Of a stretch of DNA of 64,000 nucleotides, positions 11,552-25,176 are shown piece after piece. The DNA lies in contig NC_086097.1 in NCBI RefSeq assembly GCF_963921235.1, forward strand, positions 255,070,001 through 255,134,000. Direction: 5' to 3'. Within the stretch, counting starts at the first letter, position 1. Each line of letters starts with the position of its first letter. A program made the position numbers and the translations under genes. The notes under the pieces were generated by a model, which saw only the letters and a program-made list of their open reading frames with translations, did not search any database and had not been told where the DNA came from. This stretch comes from Mobula hypostoma (Eukaryota).

Positions 11552-11816
11552 GTGATGTTTTCCTCATTCTTTTGCAAACTCGTCAGCTGTCCTCTTTCAC
11601 CCCGCTTCTTGGCCAATTTCTTTCTTAGCATTTATGACTGACTCCTCACCTGAAAGCTCACGCTTCATTTCCGCATCAGCTGCCAGTTATCTTTGTCTCA
11701 TCGCTTCTCGGGCCTCTTGTCCTATCTAACGTGCCCTCTTCGCTGTTGCAAGGGGGAGCTGTCGCGACGGCGCCGAGCTGCGGTCTCCGCCAAGTTTAAT
11801 TGTCATTCAACCATAC

Positions 11817-14490
11817 AGTTCAGCATTCAACACCATAGTCCCATAGAGGCTCAGCAAGAAGCTCAAAGACCTCGGCCTTGACCCTGCCTTGCGCATCTGG
11901 ATCCGAGACTTCCTGTCAGACCGCCAGCACGTTGTAAGAGTGGGTTCCCTCACCTCCAACCCTCTGACTCAATGCAGGAGCGCCTCCGGGCTGCGTACTG
12001 AGTCCCCTCCTTTACTCCCTGTATACGCATGACTGTGTTGCCACCCAGAGCTCTAATCTGCTAATTAAATTTGACAACTCTACTTTGATTGGCCTTATCT
12101 CAAACAATACCGAGCTGCCCTACAGGGAAGAAGTCATCTCTCCGACACAGTGGTGTCTAGAAAACAACCTCTCCCGTAATGTCCCAAAAACAAAAGAGGT
12201 GTTTGTGGATCACAGGCGGAGTGGAGACAGGCTAACCCGTATTGACATCAATGGATCTGGGGTTGAGAGGGTAAACAGCTTGAAGTTCCTCGCCATCCAC
12301 ATTTCTGAGGACGTGACGTGATCTGTACACACCAGCTGTGTGGTGAAAAAGGCACCACAGCACCTCATTCACCTCAGACAGTTGAGGAAATTTGTTAACC
12401 TAAGTTATCCAAATTTACCTGAGTTCCCTGTTATCCAAATCCTAAGGACTTTCCACAGGGACACAATTAAGAGCATCCTGACTGGCTGCATCACTGTCTG
12501 GCATGGGAACTGTGTCTCCCTTAATCGCAGGACTCTGCAGAGAGTGGTGTGCACAGCCCAGTGCATCTGTAGTTCTGAACTTTCCATGATTCAGGACATT
12601 TACAAGGACAGGTATGTAAAAGGGGCTACCATACTGCTACCATAAGGGGAGCGGTACCACAGCATAAAAGCCAGGACCAACAGGCTCCAGGAAAGCTTCT
12701 TCCACCAGGCCATCAGACTGATTAGCTCCCGTTGATATGAGTGTAGTCTATATTACAATGACTATTCTATTTATTATAAATGATTATAAATTACTATTGT
12801 TACACATTGCACGTATAGACAGAGACGTACATTGGCATGCAAATGTTTGGGCACCCTGGTCAAAATTTCTGTTACTGCGAATAGTTAAGTGAGTAGAAGA
12901 TGAACTTTTCTCCAAAAGTCATAAAATTAAAGACGAAACATTCTTTTCAATTCTTTAAGCAAGATTTGTGTATTATTTTTGTTTTGTACAATTTTACAGG
13001 GAAAAAAGGAAAGGAAAACCATGCAAAAGTTTGGGCCTCCCAAGAGATTTGAGCTCTCAGATAGGTTTTACAATGTTTCAGATCTTAATTAGCTTGTTAG
13101 GGCTATAGCTTGTTGACAGTTATGGTTAGGTAAGGCCAGGTGATGCAAATTTCAAAGTTTTATAAACATCCTGACTTCTCAAACCTTGTCCCAACAATCA
13201 GCAACCATGGGCTCTTCTAGGAAGCTGCCTAACACTCTGAAAATTAAAATAAATGATGCCCACAAAGCAGGAGAAAGCTATAAGAAGATAGCAAAGCGTT
13301 TTCAGGTAGCTGTTTCCTCAGTTCGTAATGTAATTAAGAAATGGCAGTTAACAGGAACGGTGGAGGTCAGGTTGAGGTCTGGAAGACCAAGAAGACTTTC
13401 CGAGAGAACTGCTCATAGGATTGCAGAAAGACAGGAAGATTTAGCAGACTCTAGAGTGGTGGTGCACTGTTCTACTGTGCAGCGACATCTGCATAAATAT
13501 GAACTTCATGGAAGAGTCATCAGAAGAAAACCTTTCTTGCGTCCTCACCACAAAATTCAGAAGTTTGCAAAGGAACATTTAAAGAAGTCTGATGCATTTT
13601 GGAAACAAGTCCTGTGGACTGATGATGTTAAAATAGAACGTTTTGGCTGCAATAAGCAAAGGTATGTTTGGAGAAAAAAGGGTGCAGAATTTCATGAAAA
13701 TAACACCTCTCCAACGTCTAGCACGGAGGTGGATCGATCATGCTTTGGACTTGTGTTGCAGGTGTGTTGTGTTGCCAGTGGCAGGGGGAACATTTCACTG
13801 GTAGAGGGGAAAATAAATTCAATTAAATACCAGATAATTCTGGAAGCAAACATCACACCGTCTGTAAAAAAGCTGAAGATGAAAAAAGGATGACTTCTAC
13901 AACAAGATAATGATCCTAAACACACCTCAAAATCCACAATGGACTACCTCAAGAGGCACAAACGGAAGGTTTTGCCATGGCCCTCACAATCCCTCGACCT
14001 AAACATCATCGAAAATCTGTTCATAGACCTCAAAAGAGCAGTGCATGCAAGACGGCCAAATAATTTCACAGAACTGGAAGCCTTTTGCAAGGAAGAATGG
14101 GCGGAAATCCCTCAAACAAGAATTAAAAGACTCTTACGTGGCTACAGAAAGCGCTTACAAGCTGTGATACTTGCTAAAGGGGGTGTTACTAAGTACTGAC
14201 CATGCAGGGCGCCCAAACCTTTGCTTCCGGCCCTGTTCCTTTTTTGTTACTTTGAAACTGTAAAAGATGGAAATAAAAAAGCAATCCTGCTTAATGTATT
14301 AAAGAAATGTGTCATCTTTAACTTTATGACTTTTGGAAATCAGTTCATCTTTTACTCGCTTAGCTATTCACTGTAACGCAAATTTTGACCTGGGGTGCCC
14401 AAACTATTGCATGCCACTGTAACGTAAAGATTTTTACTCCTCATATATGTGAAGGATGTAAGAAATAAAGTCAATTCAATTCAATTCAAT
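11817..14490 (+). mobile_element. Rex1/Babar-like LINE (second copy) hosting Tc1 in its 3' UTR
   Basis: Paralogue of 9152-10182. It resumes after Tc1 at 14420 and ends AATAAAG(TCAAT)n. Confidence 0.85.
12830..14419 (+). mobile_element. Tc1/mariner transposon, near full length, transposase disrupted
   Basis: TA TSD on both sides. TIRs of ~210 bp (CATTGGCATGCAAA..TGCATGCCACTG) with internal direct repeats. ORFs 13186-13893 and 13939-14199 have an HTH, GRPR, WTD(D), QQDNDPKH and WPSQSLDLNIIENL; a frameshift and a stop are present. Confidence 0.95.
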
Positions 14491-14806
14491 AACAGCCAAA
14501 TGAATCAGTGTTCCTCCAGGCACAGGGTGTAAACCACAGAACCAACAGTAGCACGAGGCATATATAGCCTATTTAAGCACGATAGCAGGAAACATACAGT
14601 CATAAAAATAATAATACTGTAATAAAAGCCAAGTCCCTTAGTGTCAGCAATCCCGGCTCAGGTTTAGTTGTGTTTTAAATTGAGTTTGGGTCAAAGAGGA
14701 GGTTAATGTTCAGTTTCGTGCTTATTGACAGTGTTGTGTTCCATTGACCTGAGTCGGACGAGTCACGAGATTCTGCATGGAGTTCAGAGAATTAGGTGCA
14801 AAATCT

Positions 14807-15126
14807 CACCCTAAACATGGACTTTTTACTCTCCTATCCGGTAGGCGCTACTGGAGCCTCCGCTCCCGCACCTGCAGGCACAGGAAGAGCTTCTTCCCTG
14901 AGGCTGTGACACTGCTGAACCTGAATTAACAGCGCTGAGCAGTATTGCACCCATATTGTACTGTCTCAGTACTTCTATATTATGTGCTGTAGCACTTACT
15001 TTTTATTCACAGTTATTTTGTAAATAACATTATTCTTTGCATTTCTGGTCAGATGCTAACTGCGTTTCATTGGCTTTGTATCTGTACTCGGCACAATAAC
15101 AATAAAGTTGAATCTAATCTAATCTA
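14807..15126 (+). mobile_element. Rex1/Babar-like LINE 3' end
   Basis: SGRRYWSLRSRTCRHRKSFFPEAVTLLN motif, AATAAA and an (AATCT)n tail. Confidence 0.7.
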
Positions 15127-17803
15127 AAAAGCAGCGGTTCCAACATTAACTCCTATGGAACTCCACTGGTAACTAGCAGCCAGCCATTATAACGCGAGCT
15201 CTGGGTCTACCTGCACCTCTTGACCCAGGCGCAAAAAAATGGTTCTGATGGAGAATCTTGACAGGCCCGTTTTCCTGCTCTGGTTTCACCCGGAAAGCTG
15301 GTAGTTTTGGCATCTGACTGTCCTCTACATAGGGTGAGACCGCACAGCAGTCAGCCAACTTGTGCTTTCCAAATAGCCCCAGATTCCTTATGACGACTCG
15401 GTCTCCCGGCTGGAATTGGGAGAACCTCACTTTTTGATCACACCACCTCTTATTTCCTTGATTCTGCTTGGCGGCTGCGATCCCAGCCAATTCATAAGCC
15501 CTTTTCAGCTCTCTCCTCATATCAGACACATTCTTCAGATAAGGCTTCGGTGGTAAGTCACTCTCGTCAGTCCCAAAACAAAGGTCAATGGGCAACCTTG
15601 CCTCGCGCCCAAACGTCAGATAACATGGCGAGTATCCAGTAGCTTCATTTCGTGTACAGTTGTAACAGTGAAACAGATGCCCAATATGTTGACTCCACTC
15701 CTCAAACTCATGGATGAGTCTGCTCTCGAAGTCCCGTCCCTGGTCACTATGCATTCGCCTGGGAAGGCCATAATAATCGAAATACTTCTACCATAACACT
15801 TTTGCCACCGTAGACGCCCTGTGGTGCTTGGTAGGAAAAGCTGAGCATATCTGGTGTAGAGGTCCGTAATGACTAAGACACTCGCCGTGTTGCTGGCATC
15901 GGGTTCTATGGACAGAAAATCCATACACACCAGGTCCAGGGGCCCTGCACTCTGCAAGTGGGACAAAGAAGTTGCCCGCGTAGGCAGTGTCTTCCGGCGT
16001 ATGCATCGAGTGCATGACTTGCAGTATTCTTCCACCTCCGAGTTCATTCGGGGCCAGTAAAAGCGGTCTCTGAGCAATCCATAGGTCTCTTCCACCCGCA
16101 AATATCCAGAATCATCATGAAGTGATTTCAACGCCATCTTCCGATACTTCTCGGGCAGAACCAGCTGGCAACACCGGGGTTGGTCTGGGGGTGACATGAT
16201 CCAGTATAAGATCTGATTCTTCAACTCCAAATGAGACGATTCTCGTAGTAATGGAGGCACCGATGCATGTTTTGTCCTTTCCGCCTGGGCCATGTCTCCA
16301 TTTTTGACCGCCGTCTAAATGGTACCAATGCCCTGATCATCTCGCTGAGTAGCTGCCAGTTCCCGAGGACTCAAATCCGGCAGCTGTTTGTCTTCAGAGC
16401 AGTCAGGTTACAATAAACCTGGAGGATGGAATCATCGGAAGCCCCCAATTGATCCACTACTCGATCCGGCCTCTCCTTTTCCTCTGTCTTCACAGTGATG
16501 GCACACTGACACATGGCCTTCACGCCAGGGGCAGGAACAGTCACCCACTCCTCGTCCCCGTCCAGTCCCTCGGGCTCCTGTCGGGACAAAGCATCAGCAT
16601 CAATGTTCCGGCTCTCTGGCCAGTACTTCAGGCTGAAATCATAGGCAGACAACGCTGCCAACCACCCATGGCCTGCGGCATCCAGTTTCACCGAGGTCAG
16701 GATATAAGTTAGGAGGCTGTTGTCCGTCCTCACCTCAATCTTGGCCCCGTAGAGAGAGTCACTCAGCTTATCCACCACGCCCATTTCAGTGCCAGGAATT
16801 CCAACTTATGCGTGGGATAGTTTCTCTCGGAGGGCGACAAACTCCCGCTCACAGTCAGGGGCCTTGGCCAAGTGGTCAACGCTACTATCTTAGCCCGGTC
16901 TAAAGCTACCCCATTCCATGAGATTATGTGTCCGATATAGCTAACAGACGTTTGGCAGAACTGGCACTTGTCCAGGAAAAGTTTTAACCCTTCAGCTTTC
17001 AGGTAGCCTAGCACTTTCAGCAGCCTCGCTTCATGTTCTTCCAAGGTGGATCGAAATGCTATGAGATCATCCAAATACACCAATACCTCAAGCAAGTTGA
17101 TATCCCCCAGCGTCTTCTCCATGACCCGCTGGAGGGTTGCAGGGGCTCCTGATATGCCCTGGGGCATCCTTTCGAACTGGAAGAATCCCAGGAGACATAT
17201 AATTGCCGTCTTCTCTTTGTCGGCCTCACTCATATCCACTCCTCAAATCCAGCACACTAAACCACTTCGCACCACTCAGACAGGCCAACGCAACTTCGAC
17301 CCTCGGGACCGTGTGCTGGTCAGGGACGGTGTGCCTGTTCAGAGTACTATAGTCCACACACATGCGTACCTTCCCGTTCTTCTTCCGGGCCACTACTATT
17401 GGGGACGCATAGGGGCTTCGGGACTCAGTGATGATCTCACCTTCCTTCAACTTGTACAAATGCAGCCACACGTCTTCTACGTCCACAGGGGCCAGTCGCC
17501 GCGACCTCTCTCTAGACGGGGTGTCCTCGGTCACCCGGATAGTGTGACGAGTGCTCTTGGAACAACCCACATCAAACTCGCCAATGGAAAAGACACCTTC
17601 CAGCTTCAACATTTTCGCTGCCAGCCTCCTTTTCCCACCCGGCGGCACCGGGGTGTCCCTGAAGTTGAATAACTCAACGGTCAACTTTACAACTTTTCCA
17701 ACAGTTTCTCCCCGGCGCGCCTCACGGGGACACTAGACGTTAACGTCGCCGGGAACATTAACGTTCCCCGCTTGAAGGTGACTTCGCTCTTCATAGTGTT
17801 CCT

Positions 17804-20800
17804 GACCATATAACCAGATAACCATACAACAATTTAAAGCACGGAAACAGGCCATCTCGGCCCTTCTAGTCCGTGCCGAAATCTTACTCTCACCTAGTCC
17901 CACTGACCTGCACTCAGCCCATAACCCTCCATTCCTTTCCTGTCCATATAGCTATCCAATTTAACTTTAAACGACAACATCGAACCAGCCTCAACCACTT
18001 CTGCTGGAAGCTCGATCCACACAGCTACCACTCTGAGTAAAGAAGTTCCCCCTCATGTTACCCCTAAACTTTTGCCTTTAACTCTCAACTCATGTCCTCT
18101 TGCTTGAATCTCCCCCACTCTCAATGAAAATAGCCTACCCACGTATAGGGCTCTCAGTATACTAGATGGACTGTTAACTGTTGATCGCTTATTAACAAAA
18201 TGGCTTCTCTGAAGTGTTATATTAAAATGGCTTCTCATAATATTAATTGCTGAGCAAGGGGTTCTCTGTAACTGCAATGTTTGGGTTATACAGGGAGATA
18301 ATGGTAATTGCATTCATTTGTTAGCCAATGAAAGTCACGTTCTGTTATCTTGTATATGTGTGCCGAGTTGAGGAGCGCGGACTTTTTCGGGAGGCGAGCA
18401 GAGAGGACGGACGTGTGAGGAACGGACGGCGGTTCCAGGGCGGTGGATACCGGACCTCGGGGGTTCGGAGGGTGGCCGGAGTCTCAGAAAGACGTTGTGG
18501 ATGGAATCGGAGGCGTGAGCTCCAACGCATTAAAATACTATGTGCACAAGACTGGTAAGTTACTTATGTGGCGCCTTTTCTTGTAGTTGTTTCTACTAAC
18601 CCAACACCAAAAATTTTGCTATAAAGTATAATTATTTACTCGCACTTTGAATATTGTTTCATATTTGTGTCGTGGCTGATCATTGGGCGACTCACACCTT
18701 ATCTGCACCACAGCATTTGCACTGTTTGGCGGGGTTGACAGCTATTCACCCTGGGCAACGTGGGGGTCAGTGGGGCAAAGACCCTTGCATTTGGGGGGCT
18801 CGTTCCGCAATTTCAATTCTGTCAGGATAAGGGGTAAGTCGCCCGGGTTGAATTAAAAGGGATGGACGCGGATAAGATCGAACTTTGGTGTGAGATCGAG
18901 GATGTTCCGGTTACTCATGCCTGCGTATGAAGTGGGGGATATGAACCTGCTCGAAGTGTTGGTATATTTGGATGATCTCATAGTATCTGGAGCCACCTTG
19001 GAAGAACACGAAGCGAGGCTACTGAAGGTGCTCACTCGGCACGAAGGGTTGAAGCTTTCCCTGGACAAGTGCCAGTTCTGCCAGACGTCTGTAAGCTATG
19101 TTGGACGCATTTTCTCGCGGAATGGTGGAGCGACCAACCCGGCTAAGATCGAAGCAGTGACCACCCGGCCGAGGCCCCAGATCGTGAGTGCTCTGCGCTC
19201 GTTCCGAGGGTTCCTGTAGATACTATCGGAGATTCGTGAAGGGCTACGCCAAGGTGAGTCATCCCTTGAACCAGCTTCTGCGTGGCTACATTCCCCTGGG
19301 ACAGAGGAGGAAAGGACGGGAGGTGGAAGAATATTTGAACTCGTCAGAGCCATTCGGACAGAGATGAGATGACAAATGTGAAGCGGCTTTCCAGTCACTG
19401 AAGAAGATTGACTCAGGCGCCGGTGCTGGCTTTTGCAGACCCCCGATTGTCTAATGTACGCCAGTCATGAGAGGTTAGGGGCCTCAGGCCTGTAGCGTTT
19501 GTCAGCCGGAGTTTGTCACCTCCAGAGAGAAACTATCCCACTCACAAGTTGGAGTTCCCGGCATTGAAATGGGCGGTGGTGGATAAGTTGAGTGACTATC
19601 TCTACGGGGCCAAGTTTGAGGTGCGGACCGATAACAACCTGCTCACTTGCATCCTGACCTCGGCAAAACTGGATGCCACAGGCCATCGGGAGCTGGCAGC
19701 TTTGTCTTCATATGATTTCAGCCTGAAGTACCGGCCGGGGATCCGGAATGTCGACGCGGATGCGCTGTCCCGACTGGGCCATGAGGAACCGGGGAAGGAC
19801 GAGGAGTGGGAGAGTGTTTCTGCATCCGGGGTGAAGGCGATGTGCCAGTTTGCTATCACCGTACAGGCTGAGGAGACGGAGAGGACAGAGCGAACAGTTG
19901 ACTCATTGGGGGCATCCGATGACGCTCTGCCCCCAATGTACTGTGACGTGACTGCTCTGAAGACCACGCAGCTGCTAGGGTTAAGTCCTGGGGAAGTGGC
20001 TGCTGCGCAGCGAGATGATCCAGACATAGGCCCGGTCTGTCATGCTGTGGAAGAGGGGAATATGACACTGGCGGAGAAGGCCAAGCACGGTTCCGTGTCC
20101 CTGTTGCTGAAGGAATGGCTTCGATTGAGGTTGAAGAACCAAATGTTATACCGGGTAACGTCACCCCTGGACCGACCTCGGTGTTAGCAGCTGGTCCTGC
20201 CGGAGAACTATCGGAAGGTTGTGTTGAAGTCCCTCCATGATGACTCTGGACATTTGGGAGTGGAAAAGACCTACAGATTGCTCAAGGATTGATTTTACTG
20301 GCTCCGAGTGAGCACGGAGGTTGAAGAGTACTGCAAATACTGCATTCGTTGCATACGACGGAAGACGCTGCCCAGGCAGTCTGTCCCTTTGTCCCACTTG
20401 CAGAGTGCGGGGCCTTTGGACCTGGGGTGTATGGATTTCCTGTCCATAGAACCCGATGCCAGCAAGACGGCGAATGTCCTGGTCATCACGGACCACTGCA
20501 CCAGATATGCTCAAGCTTTTCCTTCTAGGGATCAGAAGGTGACTACAGTGGCGAAAGTGCTATGGGAGAAATATTTTGTGCATTCCGGTCTTCCTCGGCA
20601 GATACATAGTGACCAGGGACGAGACTTTCAGAGCAAACTCATCTATGAGTTGCTGGGCATGCTGGGGGTTGAAGAATCGAGGACCACGCCCTATCATCCG
20701 CAGGGTGATCCCTAGCCGGCAAGGTTCAATCGGACGCTACTAGACATGCTCGGGACTCTGGAGATCCGCAAAAAGAATCGTTGGAATCAACCTATTGGGC

Positions 20801-23800
20801 ATCTTGTTCACTGTTGCAACTGTACCCGCAATGAAGCTACTGGTTACTTGCCCTATTATCTTACGTTTGGGCGCGAGGCAAGGTTGCCCGTTGACCTCTG
20901 TTTCGGGACTGATGAGGGTGAGGTGTCGCCGAAGCCTTACTTGGAGTATGTGTCTGATATTAGGCAAGCACTGAAAAGAACTTAGGAGTTGGCCGGGGAG
21001 GCTGCCGCCCGGCAGAATCAGCGTAATGCGAGGAGGTACGACCGGAAAGTAAAATTCTCTCAACTCCTGCAGGGAAATCGAGTCCTCATTAGGAATCTGG
21101 GAGTACCGGGAAAACACAAGCTGGCTGATCGCTGGGCAGCCACGCCCTATGTGGTAGAAAGTCAGATGCCAAACCTGCCGGTTTTCCCGGTACGGCCTGA
21201 GGATGGAAAGGGGTCTGTCTAGATTCTCCATCGGAATCATCTGTTGCCCCTGGGGCAAGATGAGCAGGTAGAGCAGGAGCCTGAAGAGGTGGCTGCACCC
21301 CGTGCCAGGACTCTGCGTCCCCGCAGGATGGAGGACGTGCCTACTCCAGGAGAGACGGGCCCGGGCCCAGCCCCTGTGAGCGATACTGATTCGGACGATG
21401 ATGATTGGGATGGTTGGTACATTCTGCCGTTCGCTGATGCTCCCGGGATGGAGGAAGAGACTCCTGGCCGTTCCACCACTGGGTTAGAAGGGGCTACTGA
21501 GGGGCAGTCCGTGGCACCACAAGGCGCTGGAGGAGAGGATGTAGGGCCAGGACCAGAGATAGAGGTTTCCGCGGTGCTGAGGGGCTTGGGTGACCGCTCG
21601 GGAGACTATTTTCCTCGTAGTATTAAAGGGTCCCCTGTAGTGTCCGAGGCAGAAAGGGTAGACGAGGGGGTACGTAGGCTTCAGAGGAGACGGAAACCCC
21701 CAGAGAGGTTGGCCTACGTAGCACCCGGGGAACAACGTGTGATCTCCCCTGAGTTGCGAAGAAAGTTCACGGCTTTCTGCACGTGGATTGAACTGTGTGT
21801 TCTGCAGAAAGGGATGGCGAATTATCTAAGCGTCATGGGGGCATGGCATATTTCGGTGGGGGGAGAATGTAGGGCTCTCAGTATACCAGATGGACTGGTA
21901 ACTGTTGATCGCTTATTGCGAAAGTGGCTTCTCTGAAGTGTTATATTAGAGTGGCTTCTCGTAATGTTAACTGCTGAGCAAGGGGTTCTCTGTAACTGCA
22001 ATGTTTGGGTTACAGGGAGATAATGGTAATTGCATTCATTTGTTAGCCAATGTTCTGTCATCTTGCATATGTGTGCTGAGCTGAGGAGCGCGGACTTTTT
22101 CGGGAGGCGAGCAGAGAGGACGGACGTGTGAGGAACGGACGGCGGTTCCCTGGCGGCGGACACCGGACCTCGGGGGTTTGGAGGGTGGCCGGAGTCTCGG
22201 AAGGACGTTGTGGATGGAATCGGAGGCGTGAGCTCCAACGCATTAAAATACTATGTGCACAAGACTGGTAAGTTACTTATCAGCGCCTTTTCTTGTAGTT
22301 GTTTCTACTAACCCAACACCAAAAAATTGCTGAAAAGTATAGTTCTTTACTCGCACTTGGTATATTGTTTCATATTTGTGTTGTGGCTGTTCATTGGGCG
22401 GCTCACACCTTATCCGCACCAAAGCAATTGCACTGTTTGGCGGGGTTGACGGCCATTCACCCGAGGCAACGGGGGACAGCGGGGCAAAGACCCTTACACA
22501 CTTCAACTCTATCTATCCCCCTCATAATTTTAAATGTCTCTATCAAGTCCCCCCTCAACCTTCTACGCTCCAAAGAATAAAGACCCAACTTGTTTAACCT
22601 TTCTCTTTAACTTAGCTGATGAAACCCAGGTAACATTCTAGTAGACCTTCTCTGTACTCTCTCTATTTTGTTGACATCTTTCCTATAATTTGATGACCAA
22701 AACTGTACACTGTACTCCAAATCTGGCCTCACCAATGCCTTGTATAATTTCAACATTACATTCCAACTCCTATACTAAATGCTCTGATTTATAAAGGCCA
22801 GCATACCAAAAGCTTTCTTCACCCACCTATCCACATGAGATTCCACCTTCAAGGAACTATTCACCATTATTCCTAGATCCCTCTGTTCTACCGCATACTT
22901 GAATGCCCTACCATTTGCCATGTGTGTCCTATTTTGATTAGTCCTACCAAAATGAAGCACCTCACATTTATCAGCATTAAACTCCATCTGCCATCTTCCC
23001 ACCCACTCTTCTAACTGGCCTAAATCACTGCAAGCTTTGAAAACTTACTTCATTACACAACTCCACCTATCTTAGTATCATCTGCATACTTACCCATCCA
23101 ATTTACCACCCCATCATCCAGATCATTAATGTATATGACAAATAACATTAGACCCAGTACAGATCACTGAGGCACACCACTAGTCACCAACTTCCAATCT
23201 GACGAACAGTTATCCACCACCACTCTCTGGCGTCTCCCATCCAGCCACTGCTGAATCCATTTTACTACTTCAGTATTAATTCCTAACGATTGAACCTTGC
23301 TAACCAACCTTCCGTGTGGGACCTTGTCAAAGGCCTTACTGAAGTCCATATAGACTACATCCACCGCTTTATCCTCGTCAACCTTCCTAGTAACCTCTTC
23401 AAAAATTCAATAAGATTTGTCAAACATGACCTTCCACGCACAAATCCATGTTGACTGTTCCTAATCAGACCCTGTCTATCCAGATAATTATATATACCAT
23501 CTCTAAGAATACTTTCCATCAATTTACCCACCACTGACGTCAAACTCACAGGCCGATAATTGCTAGGTTTACTTTTAGAACCTTTTTTAAACAATGGAAC
23601 AACATGAGCAATAACCTCTCCTTTCAACCTAACAGGAACATAAAGATTCTGTACTCTCAAAATTTTACTTTTAAATGACCCCCATTTCTCTATTACATTC
23701 TTCCCATAAAACAAATTGTCCCAATCCACTTCTCCTAAAGCCTTTCGCATCTCCTCAAAGTTAGCCCTTCTCCAATCAAAAATCTCAACCCTGGATCCAG

Positions 23801-25176
23801 ACCTATCCTTCTCCATAATTATATTGAAACTAATAGCATTGTGATCACTGGACCCGAAGTGCTCCCCAACAAATACCTCCGTCACCTGCCCTATCTCATT
23901 CCCTAACAGGAGATCTAACACTGCCCCTTCTCTAGTTGGTACCTCTATGTATTGCTGCAAAAAACTATCCTGCACATATTTTACAAACTCCAAACCATCC
24001 AGCCCTTTTACAGTATGGGCTTCCAAGCCTATGTGTGGAAAATTAAAATCTCCCACAATCACAAACTCGTGCTTACTACAAATATCTGCTATCTCCTTAC
24101 GAATTTGATCCTCCAATTCTCGCTCCCCATTTGGTGGTCTATAATACACCCCTATAAGTGTTACTACACCTTTTCCATTCCTCAGTTCCACCCAAATGGC
24201 CTCCCTAGACGAGCCCTCTAATCTATCCTGCCAGAGCACCGCTGTAATATTATCTCTGACAAGCAATGCAACACCTCCCCATCTTGTCCCTCCGATTCTA
24301 TCACACCTGAAGCAATTTAATCCAGGAATATTTAGTTGCCAATCACACCCCTCCTGTAACCATGTTTCACTAATAGCTACCACATCATACTTCCAGGTAT
24401 CAATCCATGCCTTAAGCTGATCCACCTTTCATATAATGCTCCTAGCATTAATATAAATGCATTTAAGAAATTTTCCACCTCTTTCTCTTTGTTTTATATT
24501 AACGGTGCAAACAACTTAACTATTTTCTTTATCTTCCTTCTTCCCTACATCTGTTCCTACACTCTGGTTCCCCTCCCCCCTAGTATCTAGTTTAAATTCA
24601 CTGGAGCCTCTCTAGCAAACCTACCTGCAAGAATATTTGTCACCCTCCAGTTCAAATGTAAACCGTCCCGCCGGAACAGGTCCCACCTTTGCTGGAAAAC
24701 TGCCCAATTATCTATAAATCTGAAGCCCTCCCTCCTGCACCATGTCTTCAGCCACCTGTTGATCTGCTGTATCTCACTATTTCTAAACTCGCCTGCACGT
24801 GCCACTGGTAGCAATCCTGAGATTTGCTATCCTGGAGGTCCTGTCCTTTAACTTGTTGCCTAACCTCCTAAACCCACCTTTCAGGACCTCCTCACTCTTC
24901 CTACCCACGTCATTGGTCCCTACATGGACCAAGATATCCGGCTGCTCACCCTCCCGCTTGAGAATATTGAGAACTCGATCCCAGATATCGCGGACCTTGG
25001 CACCAGGGAGGCAACAGACCATCCAGAATTCTCTATCTCTTCCACAAAACCTCTTATCTCTCCCCCTAACTACCGAATCCCCTACTCTCCTCTTTTCCCT
25101 CCTTCTCTTCTGAGCTGAGGGTCCAGTGTCGGTGCCAGAGACGCGACCACTGCAACCTGTTCCTGGTAGCTCGTCC
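17804..25176 (-). mobile_element. CR1 LINE (ORF1 esterase, APE endonuclease, RT, 3' tail) interrupted by a Gypsy element
   Basis: SGNH esterase motifs (VHVGTND, DGLHLN) at 24587-25075. ORF 23355-24425 with ISETW, YRPP, GDFN, LDL and SDH. RT motifs at 22775-23364. (ACCATATA)-like tail near 17805. Confidence 0.92.
18144..22498 (+). mobile_element. Gypsy LTR retrotransposon with both LTRs; gag/protease deleted
   Basis: LTRs 18144-18789 and 21868-22498. Primer site TGGGGGGCTCGTTCCG (tRNA-Pro type) near 18792. Polypurine tract GGTGGGGGGAGAA at 21855-21867. TSD CACG/CACT. RT YLDD, RNase H and integrase remnants with stops. Confidence 0.95.

Noticed and set aside
21244..21936. Acidic 230-aa ORF after the integrase as a possible env or accessory gene
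   Set aside because: Low-complexity continuation of the pol C-terminal region, with no signal peptide, furin site or transmembrane segment.
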